DNA of 64,000 nt from Patescibacteria group bacterium. GTDB lineage: Bacteria > Patescibacteriota > Minisyncoccia > Phycocordibacterales > UBA1550. The notes under the pieces were generated by a model, which had not been told where the DNA came from, did no database searches, and saw only the letters and a program-made list of their open reading frames with translations. The stretch spans positions 48,920-112,919 of the forward strand of contig JBBTWP010000001.1 in the NCBI GenBank assembly GCA_038062675.1. The letters run 5' to 3'. Position 1 is the first letter of the stretch. Each line of letters starts with the position of its first letter. Position numbers and translations under genes: made by a program. Shown one piece after another: positions 22,603-33,096 of the stretch.

Positions 22603-23583
22603 ATGGAAACTACACAAAACATTTCAAAACCAAAGACGACACCCAAAGATTTTTTTCTTCATTTAGGGGGAGTTGTATTTTTGTATATCAGCGTTGTCAG
22701 CCTTTTAATTCTCTTGTTCAGTATTATTGACCAAGTGTTCCCTAATGAACTTTTTTCCGTTGATCCCTATGCGGGAGGAGTGAGTGTTGCTATGGCGATG
22801 CTTATGGTTGCATTTCCGCTTTGCGTGCTTTTTTTGCGGGCAGTAGTTAGAGCGGAGCGAGAGGACCCTGCGCGCCGCGAGGTTTGGATCCGTAAGGCAT
22901 TTTTGTACTGCACACTTTTTGTTGTCGTGGTTGCTGTTGCCATTGACCTCATTGTGCTCCTCAGTAGTTTTTTTGGTGGAGAAGAAATCACGTTGGGTTT
23001 TGTGCTTAAAGTTCTTTCAATTATTGTTGTGCTCGGCGTAGTCGCTGGCTACTATATTTACGATCTTCGTCAGGGAGAGACTGAAAATGGTGCTCGTATG
23101 CGTATGCGCTATGCGTATGCAGGAGGAGTCTTTATCCTACTGGCGATTTCTTTGGGTTTCTGGGTGATGGGTTCACCCTATACGCAGAGGGAAAAACGTT
23201 TTGACGCAGAGCGTGTACGTAATCTTGAGCAGATTCAGTATTTTGTTTTGAATTATTGGCAAATGAAAGGAAAACTCCCAACAGTACTTAGCGAGATCAA
23301 GGATAATCTTTCAGATACAGTAGCTTTGCTTGACCCTAAGAGCAAGATTCCATATGAGTACATAATGACAGGAAAGCTCTCATTTCAACTTTGTGCAACA
23401 TTTAGCAAAGAGGCGTTAAGGAAAGATATGCTGGGTGCACAGCAACCTGTTATGTATAAAAGTGTCGCAATAAGTGAAAATTGGCAACACGCCGCAGGAA
23501 GGGTGTGCTTTGACCGCACGATTGATCCCGAACTTCACCCTTCGCGAAAAGATTTAATCATGACGGAGCCGGTAATGCGATAG
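22603..23583 (+). CDS. DUF5671-like membrane protein
   Basis: TTPKDFFL, 5 TM, GSPYTQR..RFD..RV, DP..YEY..FQLCATF, GRVCFDRTIDP. Confidence 0.75.
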   Translation: METTQNISKPKTTPKDFFLHLGGVVFLYISVVSLLILLFSIIDQVFPNELFSVDPYAGGVSVAMAMLMVAFPLCVLFLRAVVRAEREDPARREVWIRKAFLYCTLFVVVVAVAIDLIVLLSSFFGGEEITLGFVLKVLSIIVVLGVVAGYYIYDLRQGETENGARMRMRYAYAGGVFILLAISLGFWVMGSPYTQREKRFDAERVRNLEQIQYFVLNYWQMKGKLPTVLSEIKDNLSDTVALLDPKSKIPYEYIMTGKLSFQLCATFSKEALRKDMLGAQQPVMYKSVAISENWQHAAGRVCFDRTIDPELHPSRKDLIMTEPVMR

Positions 23584-23652
23584 TAGTTTTTTAGAGCAAC
23601 CAAACTCGCGCTCTTTTGAAGAAGGGCGCGAGTTTGGTATAATGTACTCTAC

Positions 23653-26106
23653 ATGACCCCCTACGACCACAAAACAATAGAAAAGAAGTGGCAGGCCGCA
23701 TGGGAAGCGAAACAGCTCTATCACACGAAGAGCGACTCTCTAAAGCCGAAAGCATACGTACTCGACATGTTCCCGTATCCGTCGGGAGACGGGCTCCATG
23801 TTGGACATCCAAAGGGGTACATTGCAACCGATATTTACTCGCGCATGAAGACTATGCAAGGGTACAATGTGCTTCACCCGATGGGGTGGGATGCGTTTGG
23901 CTTGCCCGCTGAACAATATGCTATTAAAAACAAAGTGCATCCCCGTGTGGCAGTCGACAAAAATGTTGCGCGGTATAAGGAGCAACTTTCGGTAATTGGT
24001 TTTAATTATGATTGGACACGCGAACTCAACACAACCGACCCAGCATTTTATAAATGGACGCAGTGGATCTTTTTGAAAATGTTTGAAAAGGGGCTTGCGT
24101 ATGAATCCTATGAGCCTATTAATTGGTGCCCAACGTGCCAAACGGGGCTTGCGAACGAAGACCTTGATGGTTGCAACTGCGAGCGTTGCGATACGCTGGT
24201 GGTAAAAAAACCAATGCGTCAGTGGGTGCTTCGTATTACAGATTATGCCGATCGTTTACTTGCGGATATTGATGCGCTTAATTGGCCTGTGTCGATAAAA
24301 GAATCTCAAAAGAATTGGATAGGGCGAAGCGAGGGTGCAGAGATTGATTTTGTTGTCGAGGGAAGTGAGAAAAAAATCACCGTGTTCACGACACGCCCCG
24401 ATACGCTCTTTGGGGCGACGTATGTGGTGCTTGCGCCCGAGAGCAAAATTTTGGAAGACCTTAAACAACAAATCCTAAACGGGAACGAAGTTTCTCTGTA
24501 TTGCGAGAGTGCAGGAAAACAAAGCGAGATTGAGCGAACGACCGTGGGGCGAGAGAAGACCGGCGTACGCCTCGATGGAGTGATGGCGATAAATCCGGCA
24601 AACAATGAGAAGCTTCCGGTTTTTGTTGCAGATTATGTTTTAGGGCATTATGGTACGGGTGCTGTGATGGCAGTGCCAGCGCATGATGAGCGGGATTTTG
24701 AGTTTGCGAGAAAGTTTGGACTACGAAACAGAAAGGTTGTGTTTCCGAATCCTCTCGTCAGTGTCCCGAGGAATGCGAAGGATATTGCCATGGGGGTTGT
24801 TGGTGAGTTGCGTGTGGTCACTGAGTGTTTTATGGGAAGTGGTGAGATGGTAAATTCGGATCGTTTTACGGGATTTTTTAATGAAGACGCAAAAAAGCCA
24901 ATCACTGATTTTGTTAAAGGGCGCTGGGTTACGAAATATCGCCTCAAGGATTGGGTCTTTTCGCGTCAACGATATTGGGGAGAACCAATCCCACTCATAC
25001 ACTGCGAGAAGTGTGGCGTAGTTCCTGTGCCCGAAAAAGATTTACCGGTTATACTTCCCAATGTGGAATCCTATGCACCGACAGGGACAGGGGAATCACC
25101 CCTCGCGGATATTTCTGAATGGGTGAACACAACATGTCCAAAGTGTAGTGGGAAAGGGAAGCGTGAGACCAACACTATGCCACAGTGGGCGGGTTCATCG
25201 TGGTACTATTTGCGCTATATTGATCCGAAAAATACCGAGATGCTCGTCGACAAAAAACAAGAAGCATATTGGTCGCCCGTGGATATGTATGTGGGTGGCG
25301 CCGAGCATGCAACGCGTCATCTCATCTACGCGCGTTTCTACCACAAGTTTCTCTACGATATTGGTGTTGTGAATTACGAGGAGCCGTTTAAGCGTCTTCA
25401 AAATGTCGGACTCATTATGGCGGAAGACGGACGCAAAATGAGCAAGCGATGGGGGAATGTGGTAAATCCAGATGATATTGTGGCAACCTATGGTGCTGAC
25501 ACCCTTCGCCTTTATGAAATGTTTATGGGGCCGTTTGGGCAGTCGGTAGTGTGGAGCACAGAGTCTATTATTGGCCCTCGCCGATTCATTGAGCGGGTGT
25601 GGCGACTTGCGGATAATGTGAAAGAGGGAGAAGGTGATGCCAAGCTTGAAGCGGTGCTTCATAAAACAATTAAAAAAGTGGGTGATGATATTGAATCATT
25701 TGGCTTCAATACGGCAATTTCGGCGCTTATGATTTTGGTAAATGAAATGGAAAAAGCGACGCAGGTTTCGCGCGTGCACTACGAAACCTTGCTCCGACTT
25801 TTGGCGCCATTTGCTCCCCATGTCGCTGAAGAACTGTGGTCACATGTTGGCAATGTCGAGTCGATTCATCTTGAATCTTGGCCAGTGTTTGATGCGACAA
25901 AAACTGTTACAAGTCAGGTGGTTATTGCGATTCAAGTGAATGGAAAAGTACGCGACACCATGACGGTTCCTGTTGAAACAGGAGAAGTCTCCGCAAGCAC
26001 TATGGCGCAAGAACGTCCTACTGTAGCAAAATGGATTTTTGGAAAAAAAATAAAGAGGGTAATTTTTGTACCACAAAAACTTTTGAATATTGTGGTAGAG
26101 GAGTAA
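23653..26106 (+). CDS. leuS: leucine--tRNA ligase
   Basis: MFPYPSGDGLHVGH, FTTRPDT editing domain, SRQRYWGEPIP, KMSKR. Confidence 0.97.
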   Translation: MTPYDHKTIEKKWQAAWEAKQLYHTKSDSLKPKAYVLDMFPYPSGDGLHVGHPKGYIATDIYSRMKTMQGYNVLHPMGWDAFGLPAEQYAIKNKVHPRVAVDKNVARYKEQLSVIGFNYDWTRELNTTDPAFYKWTQWIFLKMFEKGLAYESYEPINWCPTCQTGLANEDLDGCNCERCDTLVVKKPMRQWVLRITDYADRLLADIDALNWPVSIKESQKNWIGRSEGAEIDFVVEGSEKKITVFTTRPDTLFGATYVVLAPESKILEDLKQQILNGNEVSLYCESAGKQSEIERTTVGREKTGVRLDGVMAINPANNEKLPVFVADYVLGHYGTGAVMAVPAHDERDFEFARKFGLRNRKVVFPNPLVSVPRNAKDIAMGVVGELRVVTECFMGSGEMVNSDRFTGFFNEDAKKPITDFVKGRWVTKYRLKDWVFSRQRYWGEPIPLIHCEKCGVVPVPEKDLPVILPNVESYAPTGTGESPLADISEWVNTTCPKCSGKGKRETNTMPQWAGSSWYYLRYIDPKNTEMLVDKKQEAYWSPVDMYVGGAEHATRHLIYARFYHKFLYDIGVVNYEEPFKRLQNVGLIMAEDGRKMSKRWGNVVNPDDIVATYGADTLRLYEMFMGPFGQSVVWSTESIIGPRRFIERVWRLADNVKEGEGDAKLEAVLHKTIKKVGDDIESFGFNTAISALMILVNEMEKATQVSRVHYETLLRLLAPFAPHVAEELWSHVGNVESIHLESWPVFDATKTVTSQVVIAIQVNGKVRDTMTVPVETGEVSASTMAQERPTVAKWIFGKKIKRVIFVPQKLLNIVVEE

Positions 26107-26234
26107 CGCTCTACATCACGGAAGGTAGACAAAAATGCGTCTTTTTTGTAAAACGCTTGACTTCTTTCCCCTTTAATGATAAAAAGTAAGTATTATATCA
26201 GAAGGAAATTATTAAATAATCTTTGGTTATCTTT

Positions 26235-27263
26235 ATGTCAGCGATCACATTTAAGCCGAAACAAGTCGTAAAACGCCTCATGGCAATGCTGTCTCCTCGT
26301 GCTTTGGATGTTATTGTTAAACGCTATGGCTTAGGAGAAAGTGTGGATCGTATGACGTTGGAAGGGATTGGCGGTATTTACAATATTACTCGTGAGCGTG
26401 TGCGTCAGATCGAAAATTTTGCATTGACGACCATCAAAAAGTCGGATGCATTTAAAAAAGAAGCCGCTGTTTTCAAAGAGCTTCATGAGCTTATTATTAA
26501 AATGGGTGGCGTTGTTTGCGAAGAGGATTTTTTGATGCACGTTGCAAAAGATGCAAGTACGCAGAACCACCTTGCGCTACTCTTGGTTCTTGGTGATGAG
26601 TTTACGCGCGAGAAGGAAGATGAAAATTTTAGACACCGCTGGGTTGTTGATGATGCAACGTCTATGAAAGTGCACGACGCTTTAAAGGGTCTGTATTCAA
26701 GTCTTTCGAATGAAGATCTTGTGCCCGAGGGAGATATTGTGGGTGTTTTTTTAGGACACTTGAAAGAAGTTTCTGAAGAATACAAAAACGAGGAAATCAT
26801 TAAGCGATGGCTAGGACTTTCTAAGATGGTGGCAAAAAATCCATTGGGAGAGTGGGGTGTTGCGCACTCACCAAATGTAAACGCGCGGGGGATGCGCGAC
26901 TATGCGTATTTGATTATTCGCAAACATGGTTCGCCGATGCATTTTACAGAAGTTGCGAAAGCTATCACGGAAGTTTTTCATCGCAAGGCTCATGTTGCCA
27001 CTTGTCACAACGAACTCATTAAGGACAGTCGTTTTGTGTTGGTAGGACGGGGACTCTATGCGCTCTCTTCGTGGGGGTATGAGAAAGGTGTGGTAAAAGA
27101 TGTGGTTACGAAGATTTTAAAAAAGGAAGGACCACTTACCAAAAAAGAAATCATTGATCGTGTTTTGAAAGAGCGTTATGTAAAAGAGAATACGGTGTTT
27201 GTGAATTTACAGGATACGAAGTTTTTCAAAAAAACAAAAGAAGGAAAGTACGCCTTGATATAA
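26235..27263 (+). CDS. sigma70 region-4 HTH plus HARE-HTH-like DNA-binding protein
   Basis: RYGL..TLEGIG..YNITRERVRQIE; C-terminal HVATCHNELIKDSRFVLVGRGLYAL. Confidence 0.75.
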   Translation: MSAITFKPKQVVKRLMAMLSPRALDVIVKRYGLGESVDRMTLEGIGGIYNITRERVRQIENFALTTIKKSDAFKKEAAVFKELHELIIKMGGVVCEEDFLMHVAKDASTQNHLALLLVLGDEFTREKEDENFRHRWVVDDATSMKVHDALKGLYSSLSNEDLVPEGDIVGVFLGHLKEVSEEYKNEEIIKRWLGLSKMVAKNPLGEWGVAHSPNVNARGMRDYAYLIIRKHGSPMHFTEVAKAITEVFHRKAHVATCHNELIKDSRFVLVGRGLYALSSWGYEKGVVKDVVTKILKKEGPLTKKEIIDRVLKERYVKENTVFVNLQDTKFFKKTKEGKYALI

Positions 27264-27272
27264 CAAGGGTTA

Positions 27273-27310
27273 AAAAAGGGTGCGGAAGGCGAAGCCTTCC
27301 GCACCCTTTT
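27273..27310. repeat. perfect palindromic hairpin with GCGAAGC cap (terminator or REP-like)
   Basis: AAAAGGGTGCGGAAGGC-GAA-GCCTTCCGCACCCTTTT. Confidence 0.7.
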
Positions 27311-27342
27311 GCGTTCTCCACTTTTGCGGTATGATAGAAGAT

Positions 27343-28626
27343 ATGGAATTTCTTCAAATGTTGGGCTTCCAAGAGCTCTATAACCAAACCCTTTCAATTC
27401 TCGTACCCTTTTTCAAGGCATTCCCTTATTGGGGCCCACTTTTTGTCGCAGGATTCTTTTGGAAAAAATGGAAAGAATATACTCAAGAGCGCTGGATTTC
27501 GGGAATGAAGTGGATCATGCTTGAAATAAAGCTTCCAAAAGAAATTCATAAATCACCCGTGGCGACAGAGTTGTTTTTAAATGCACTCTATCAGACGAGT
27601 CAGGGAAAATGGCTTGATCATGTTTGGAAAGGCCGTGTACGCGATTGGTTTTCACTCGAGATGGTTTCTTTGGAGGGACAGATTAAGTTTTTTATTCGTA
27701 CAACCGAAATTTACAAAAATGTCATCGAAGCTCAGCTTTATGCACAGTATCCTGAAATTGAAATCTATGAAGTTCCTGACTATACACGCTATGTGAATTA
27801 TAAGGGAAAGGAGGGAGACTGGGAGATGATCGGTATAGATTTTAAACTTACGAAAAAGGATTTCTATCCCATAAAAACATACATTGATTACGGTCTTGAT
27901 AAAGAGGGGATAAAAGAGGAGTTTAAGATTGACCCTCTGACGTCGATCATTGAATATCTCGGTTCGGCAGGAAAAGGTGAGCAGATTTGGATTCAGATTC
28001 TGGTGCAGGCGGCACAAAAGCGCCATAAACTCAAAACAGATTTTGAAAAAAAGAAAGCGGGTGAAATGGGCGACTGGAAAGATGAGGCAAGGGAGTGGAT
28101 AGACGAGCGTACAAAACGGAATGAGAAGCCTGAAGAAGGAAAGGCGCCTGCTTTTAAAATGTTGATGATGACAAAAGGAGACACTGAAATAGTTGCCGCC
28201 GTTGAGCGCAGCATGGGTAAGTTTGGGTTTGATTGTGGCATTCGGGCGCTCTATCTTTCCAAAAAAGACAAGTTTAATCCAAGCAACATTCGCGCATTGC
28301 CGGGACTTTTCCGTGCGTTTACGACAAGCAATCTCAATGGGTTTGAAATTAAGCACAACAGTATCGGCTTCGATTATTTTTGGCAAGATTACAATAAAAT
28401 TCGTATTACCAAAAAACGTAAAGAGCAATTTGAAGCGTACAAGCATCGCTCATGGTTTTATGGCGGGCATAGCTTGCTTCATGGCGATGAAAAAGAAAAG
28501 CCATTTGTGTTGACCACAGAAGAGTTGGCAACCATTTTCCACTTTCCGGGGGGAGTTGCTCAGACACCAACCTTTGGTCGTATTCCTTCACGCAAAGCCG
28601 AAGCACCTATCAATCTTCCTATTTAA
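27343..28626 (+). CDS. hypothetical membrane-anchored protein
   Basis: long ORF; WFSLEM, YAQYPEIEI, FVLTTEELATIFHFP; start 7 nt after TATGAT. Confidence 0.8.
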   Translation: MEFLQMLGFQELYNQTLSILVPFFKAFPYWGPLFVAGFFWKKWKEYTQERWISGMKWIMLEIKLPKEIHKSPVATELFLNALYQTSQGKWLDHVWKGRVRDWFSLEMVSLEGQIKFFIRTTEIYKNVIEAQLYAQYPEIEIYEVPDYTRYVNYKGKEGDWEMIGIDFKLTKKDFYPIKTYIDYGLDKEGIKEEFKIDPLTSIIEYLGSAGKGEQIWIQILVQAAQKRHKLKTDFEKKKAGEMGDWKDEAREWIDERTKRNEKPEEGKAPAFKMLMMTKGDTEIVAAVERSMGKFGFDCGIRALYLSKKDKFNPSNIRALPGLFRAFTTSNLNGFEIKHNSIGFDYFWQDYNKIRITKKRKEQFEAYKHRSWFYGGHSLLHGDEKEKPFVLTTEELATIFHFPGGVAQTPTFGRIPSRKAEAPINLPI

Positions 28627-28807
28627 AGAAGTGTTCAGACTAGAATTTAGCATGGACGCTTGCGTTTAATGTCTTTGTGTGTTAGGGTCTATTTTAGATT
28701 GTTCCTTCAATCTCGCGGGTACCGAACCGTACTTGAAAGTGTTTACACACAACGGGACGAGCTAGGTAGTGTATTTTAAGCTCGTTTTTGAACAGGAGGA
28801 AAGTGTT

Positions 28808-29323
28808 ATGGCAAGTGAAGAGGAAAAGTACTACAAGCGGCAAAATGAGCGGGATGCCGAGATAGATGCGCACAATGCTGAGGTGAGGCGGGACCACGAG
28901 CGGTGGGAAAAAGAGAACGCCGAGCGAGAAGAACGAAATGAAAGAGACGCAAATTCAGAATATGGAAGTTCTGATCGCGTTATCTGCACTCACTTCTATA
29001 GAAAAGGTATGCTGGCACGAGAAGTTTGGCGCGCAGATATGACATTTACCGCCAAACATCTTTCGGAGACAACAGTTCGCGGATATCACTTCTGGGCAAT
29101 TCCGTACGTTCAATTGATGCGCAAAAATTCTTTTGCTGAACGCATCATGTTTCCTCTTGCAAAGTGGCGGGCTGAGGAGTTGGGGTATCAAATGGGTGTA
29201 CTTCCGCGTAGTAACTTTAAAGGGAAGGCGGTGCGCTTGATTTTGGAGCCTTTTTGTTGGACGCTCGGTTGTTTTGTGGATCAAAAGGACTGGCGGGTGC
29301 TTGAAGAGGCGAATAAGACCTGA
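28808..29323 (+). CDS. hypothetical protein: charged coiled coil plus C-terminal VICT-type domain (ORFan cassette)
   Basis: AGGAGG SD; VICTHFYRKG..WRAD..GYHFWAIPYV. Confidence 0.7.
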   Translation: MASEEEKYYKRQNERDAEIDAHNAEVRRDHERWEKENAEREERNERDANSEYGSSDRVICTHFYRKGMLAREVWRADMTFTAKHLSETTVRGYHFWAIPYVQLMRKNSFAERIMFPLAKWRAEELGYQMGVLPRSNFKGKAVRLILEPFCWTLGCFVDQKDWRVLEEANKT

Positions 29324-29347
29324 CCTTGAGAGATTTTTAGTTAATCT

Positions 29348-29384
29348 AATCGCGTAGACTTTATAGGGTTTACGCGATTTTTTT
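29348..29384 (+). terminator. intrinsic terminator
   Basis: AATCGCGTAGAC / GTTTACGCGATT plus T tract. Confidence 0.75.
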
Positions 29385-29415
29385 GTTTGTGTTGCTGATG
29401 GTGTATAATTTCTTT

Positions 29416-30447
29416 ATGGATCACTTTAGCAATAGGCAATCATATCTTCATCGCGAAGAGCAGGCAGGAAATGCCTTTCAAATTTCTCCAGAGAGTGCTG
29501 AAAAAAATGTGTTCAAAAAAATTCTTTTGGGTATGTCCTTTGTGATTATTTTCGGTGCTTCAATTTCTTTTTTGTGGTCACCACCGTCTGAATTCCCCGA
29601 AAATAAAATTTTTGAAATAAAACACGGTATGACTTTGGGGGAAATTTCTGCTTTTTTGAAAGAAGAACATGTCATTCGTTCGCGTTTTGCATTTGAGTTT
29701 TGTGTCATCTCGTTTCGAGGAGACCGAGGCGCTCTCTCTGGAAACTATCTTTTCAAAGAACCTCTTGGGGCTTGCATGGTTGCCCAAAGAATTGTAAAAG
29801 GTATCTCAGGTATTCCTGCGGTGCGTATTACTATCCCTGAGGGCTCCTCAGTGAAGGAGATTGCGCAGATTCTTGCAAAAAACATGCCAGAATTCGATAC
29901 CGCTCATTTTCTGACTCTCGCAGAAAAGAAGGAAGGATATTTGTTCCCCGATACATATTTCTTTAAAGGAGACACAAGTCCTGAGAAGGTGCTCGAGACA
30001 TTTTTGGAAAATTTTGAGAAGAAATTTAACACCTTAACAAAAATGATTGAACGGTCGGGCAATCGGAATGATTTGGTAATTATGGCATCGATTATCGAAA
30101 AAGAAGCAAGAACGCCTAAGGATCAAGAGATTGTTTCTGGGATTTTATGGAAACGTATTGACATTAAGATGCCTCTTCAGGTTGACGCGCCATTCTATTA
30201 CTTGCTTGGCAAGGAGTCGTCAGAGATCACTCAAAAAGATTTATACATGAAGTCACCCTATAACACCTATCGCAACTTGGGATTACCAATAGCTCCCATT
30301 AGTAATCCAGGGTACACTGCACTACTTGCTGCTGCAGTTCCTCAAGAGTCGCCCTACCTCTTTTATCTTTCGGACAAAGAAGGAATTATTCACTATGCAA
30401 AAAACTTTGAGGAGCACAAGAAAAACAAAGCAAAATATTTGAAGTAA
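29416..30447 (+). CDS. mltG: endolytic transglycosylase MltG
   Basis: TIPEG, EGYLFPDTY, MASIIEKE, LQVDA, SPYNTY..GLP..PISNPG. Confidence 0.93.
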   Translation: MDHFSNRQSYLHREEQAGNAFQISPESAEKNVFKKILLGMSFVIIFGASISFLWSPPSEFPENKIFEIKHGMTLGEISAFLKEEHVIRSRFAFEFCVISFRGDRGALSGNYLFKEPLGACMVAQRIVKGISGIPAVRITIPEGSSVKEIAQILAKNMPEFDTAHFLTLAEKKEGYLFPDTYFFKGDTSPEKVLETFLENFEKKFNTLTKMIERSGNRNDLVIMASIIEKEARTPKDQEIVSGILWKRIDIKMPLQVDAPFYYLLGKESSEITQKDLYMKSPYNTYRNLGLPIAPISNPGYTALLAAAVPQESPYLFYLSDKEGIIHYAKNFEEHKKNKAKYLK

Positions 30448-30500
30448 TAAATCAATATTTTTGACGTTATTGTACGTTTTTGCTATACAGAAGAGGTTAT

Positions 30501-31598
30501 ATGCCAAATAAAAAATCAACAACTTTAAAAAAACGTGTCTTCGTCGCCATGTCAGGGGGTGTAGACAGTTCCGTTGTTGCCGCGCTCTTGGTGAAAGAAG
30601 GGTACGCTGTCACCGGCGTTTTTATGAAAGTGTGGGAGCCTGATTTCTTGCCGTGCACATGGCGAGAAGAGCGACAGGATGCGATGCGTGTTGCCGCGCA
30701 TCTAGGGATACCACTTCTTACGTGGGATTTTGAACGCGAGTACAAAGAGGGTGTTGCCGACTACATGATTCGCGAGTACAAGGCAGGAAGGACCCCCAAT
30801 CCCGACGTGATGTGTAATAAGGAGGTAAAATTCGGTGCGTTTTTCCGTCGGGCTATCGCCATGGGGGCGGACTATGTTGCGACTGGTCATTATGCAAGAA
30901 TTGCGTTTGATCAACAGGAGGGCGTCTGTCGAATGTTTGCCGGAGTTGATGAGACAAAAGATCAGTCATATTTTTTGTGGACACTCGGGCAGGAAGAACT
31001 CAAAAAAACACTTTTCCCTATTGGGGAGTATAAAAAAATGAAAGTGCGGGCAATGGCAAAAAAGTTTGCATTGCCGACGGCAGAAAAAAAAGATAGCCAA
31101 GGGCTTTGCTTTGTGGGCAAGCTCGACATGAAAGATTTTCTTCTCCATTTTATGGAGAAAAAAGAAGGGGTGGTGGTGAATCAGGAAGGGGAACAGATCG
31201 GAACTCATCAAGGTGCATACTTTTATACACTCGGCGAGCGTCGCGGTTTTACGATTACAAAAAAAACGACTACCGAAACTCCTTACTACATTATTGCAAA
31301 AGATCTCGTTCAAAATACTTTGACCGTAGCACATAAAACGTCTGCGAAATCTTTGGAACAAGGAACAAAAGAAATACGAATCGCACAGATGAATGTGTGC
31401 GTAGGGGGTGTTTTCGATACTGAAAAAACCTATACAGCACGAATTCGCTATCATGGAGAGGCTCATGTCTGCAAAGCGCATAACCTGAATGGCACGTCTG
31501 CTATTTTGGAGTTTGAGAAACCTGTCCTTGTTGCTTCAGGGCAGTCTGTGGTGCTTTACGACAACGATGAGTGTGTGGGGGGTGGTATTGTGGAGTAA
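30501..31598 (+). CDS. mnmA: tRNA 2-thiouridylase MnmA
   Basis: AMSGGVDSS, TPNPDVMCN, ATGHYA, KDQSYFL, DSQGLCF. Confidence 0.96.
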   Translation: MPNKKSTTLKKRVFVAMSGGVDSSVVAALLVKEGYAVTGVFMKVWEPDFLPCTWREERQDAMRVAAHLGIPLLTWDFEREYKEGVADYMIREYKAGRTPNPDVMCNKEVKFGAFFRRAIAMGADYVATGHYARIAFDQQEGVCRMFAGVDETKDQSYFLWTLGQEELKKTLFPIGEYKKMKVRAMAKKFALPTAEKKDSQGLCFVGKLDMKDFLLHFMEKKEGVVVNQEGEQIGTHQGAYFYTLGERRGFTITKKTTTETPYYIIAKDLVQNTLTVAHKTSAKSLEQGTKEIRIAQMNVCVGGVFDTEKTYTARIRYHGEAHVCKAHNLNGTSAILEFEKPVLVASGQSVVLYDNDECVGGGIVE

Positions 31599-31644
31599 TG
31601 TCTCATTTGAAAGACTTCTTGCAATGTGCGATGATATGGAGGAT

Positions 31645-32517
31645 ATGAAAAAAATACATCATAATGACAAAGCTGATGGCGGGGGTGTATGGGTCCTCAA
31701 GAATTCAGGCGAGCGAGAATTGTTTTCTTTAGAAAAACTCAAAAGGTCTCTCGTGCGATCTGGGGCGGATGCAAGTACCGTGGAACGTGTTGCGTCACAT
31801 ATTGTCCTAGAACTCAAGGACAATATGAAAACCTCGGCAATCTACCGCCACGCTTTCTCCATTCTTAAAAAGAATCAATATGTAGTTGCGCTTCGGTATA
31901 GTCTGCGTCGTGCGGTTGCCGATCTCGGTCCTAGTGGGTTTCCGTTTGAAAAGTTTGTTGCAGAAATTTTGAAGAGAAAAGGATATTCTACGCGAACGGG
32001 AATCATCTTGCCGGGGTTTTGTGTTTCTCATGAAGTTGATGTTCTTGCTGAAAAAGATAACAAACATATTTTTATTGAATGTAAATTCCATAATCAAGAG
32101 GGAATGAAAAGCGACGTAAAAGTGGCACTCTATGTGCATGCGCGGTTTCTCGATCTTCAAAAAGGTCACGAAAGAGGAGAACAATCTGCGTCAAGGATCC
32201 ATGAAGGGTGGCTCGTGACTAATACAAAACTCACTCATGATGCGATTCAGTATGCCAATTGCGCCGGACTCAACCTTATTGGTTGGGATTATCCTCACGA
32301 GGGGAACCTTCAAGATTTGATTTTAGAAACAGGAGTGCATCCACTCACATGCCTCATGAGTCTTTCGACTGCTCATAAAAACGAATTATTGCGACAGGGG
32401 ATTGTGATGTGCGTCGATCTCAAAAAGAAAGAGGAATCTTTGCAAAATCTCGGGCTTTCTCAGGAGAAAATTTCGAGTGTTATCAAGGAGGTGAATATGA
32501 TTTGTCGGGAAAACTAG
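31645..32517 (+). CDS. ATP-cone plus restriction endonuclease-like (Mrr/PD-(D/E)XK) protein
   Basis: VLKNSGERELFSLEKL ATP cone; GFPFEKFV, HEVDV..IECKFH. Confidence 0.8.
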   Translation: MKKIHHNDKADGGGVWVLKNSGERELFSLEKLKRSLVRSGADASTVERVASHIVLELKDNMKTSAIYRHAFSILKKNQYVVALRYSLRRAVADLGPSGFPFEKFVAEILKRKGYSTRTGIILPGFCVSHEVDVLAEKDNKHIFIECKFHNQEGMKSDVKVALYVHARFLDLQKGHERGEQSASRIHEGWLVTNTKLTHDAIQYANCAGLNLIGWDYPHEGNLQDLILETGVHPLTCLMSLSTAHKNELLRQGIVMCVDLKKKEESLQNLGLSQEKISSVIKEVNMICREN

Positions 32518-32620
32518 ATTTTATTAGCGACGTAGAGCGAGCGAAATGAAAAGTGTAATCACTTCTCATTTCCGAGTCGAGGATCCTTTATTTATTCGGT
32601 ATATCTGATATTATAGACGT

Positions 32621-33094
32621 ATGGAATCAACAATCAATAACATCGATCTTATTATCAAGCTTGCGCTCGCATTGTTTTTGGGGATGTGTCTGGGTATTGA
32701 GCGCGTTGTTGCAGGAAAAATTGCCGGCATGCGCACCTATGGTCTGGTGACTATGGGGTCAGCTCTTTTTACTATCGTTGGGATTATTGCGGCGGGAGGA
32801 TATGAGTCAACTCTCGCAATCAAGGAATCTATACGTTTAACAGCACAAATTATCACTGGTATTGGGTTTATTGGTGCTGGTCTCATCATTTTTAATGGCG
32901 CAAAAGTTAGCGGAGTTACCACCGCCGCGGGGATTTGGGTTGCAGCCGGAGTTGGCGCGGCTACGGGGTATGGATTATATATTCTTGCAATTATTGCTAC
33001 TGTTTTTGCGCTCATTACATTCACAATTTTGTGGTATGTTGAGGACCGCCTTAAGATATTTATTCGTGCCGAAATAGCAGAGCGAGAAGAATAG
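32621..33094 (+). CDS. MgtC/SapB family membrane protein
   Basis: GIER, AGMRTY, QIITGIGFIGAG, GVTTAAGIW. Confidence 0.92.
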   Translation: MESTINNIDLIIKLALALFLGMCLGIERVVAGKIAGMRTYGLVTMGSALFTIVGIIAAGGYESTLAIKESIRLTAQIITGIGFIGAGLIIFNGAKVSGVTTAAGIWVAAGVGAATGYGLYILAIIATVFALITFTILWYVEDRLKIFIRAEIAEREE

Positions 33095-33096
33095 TT

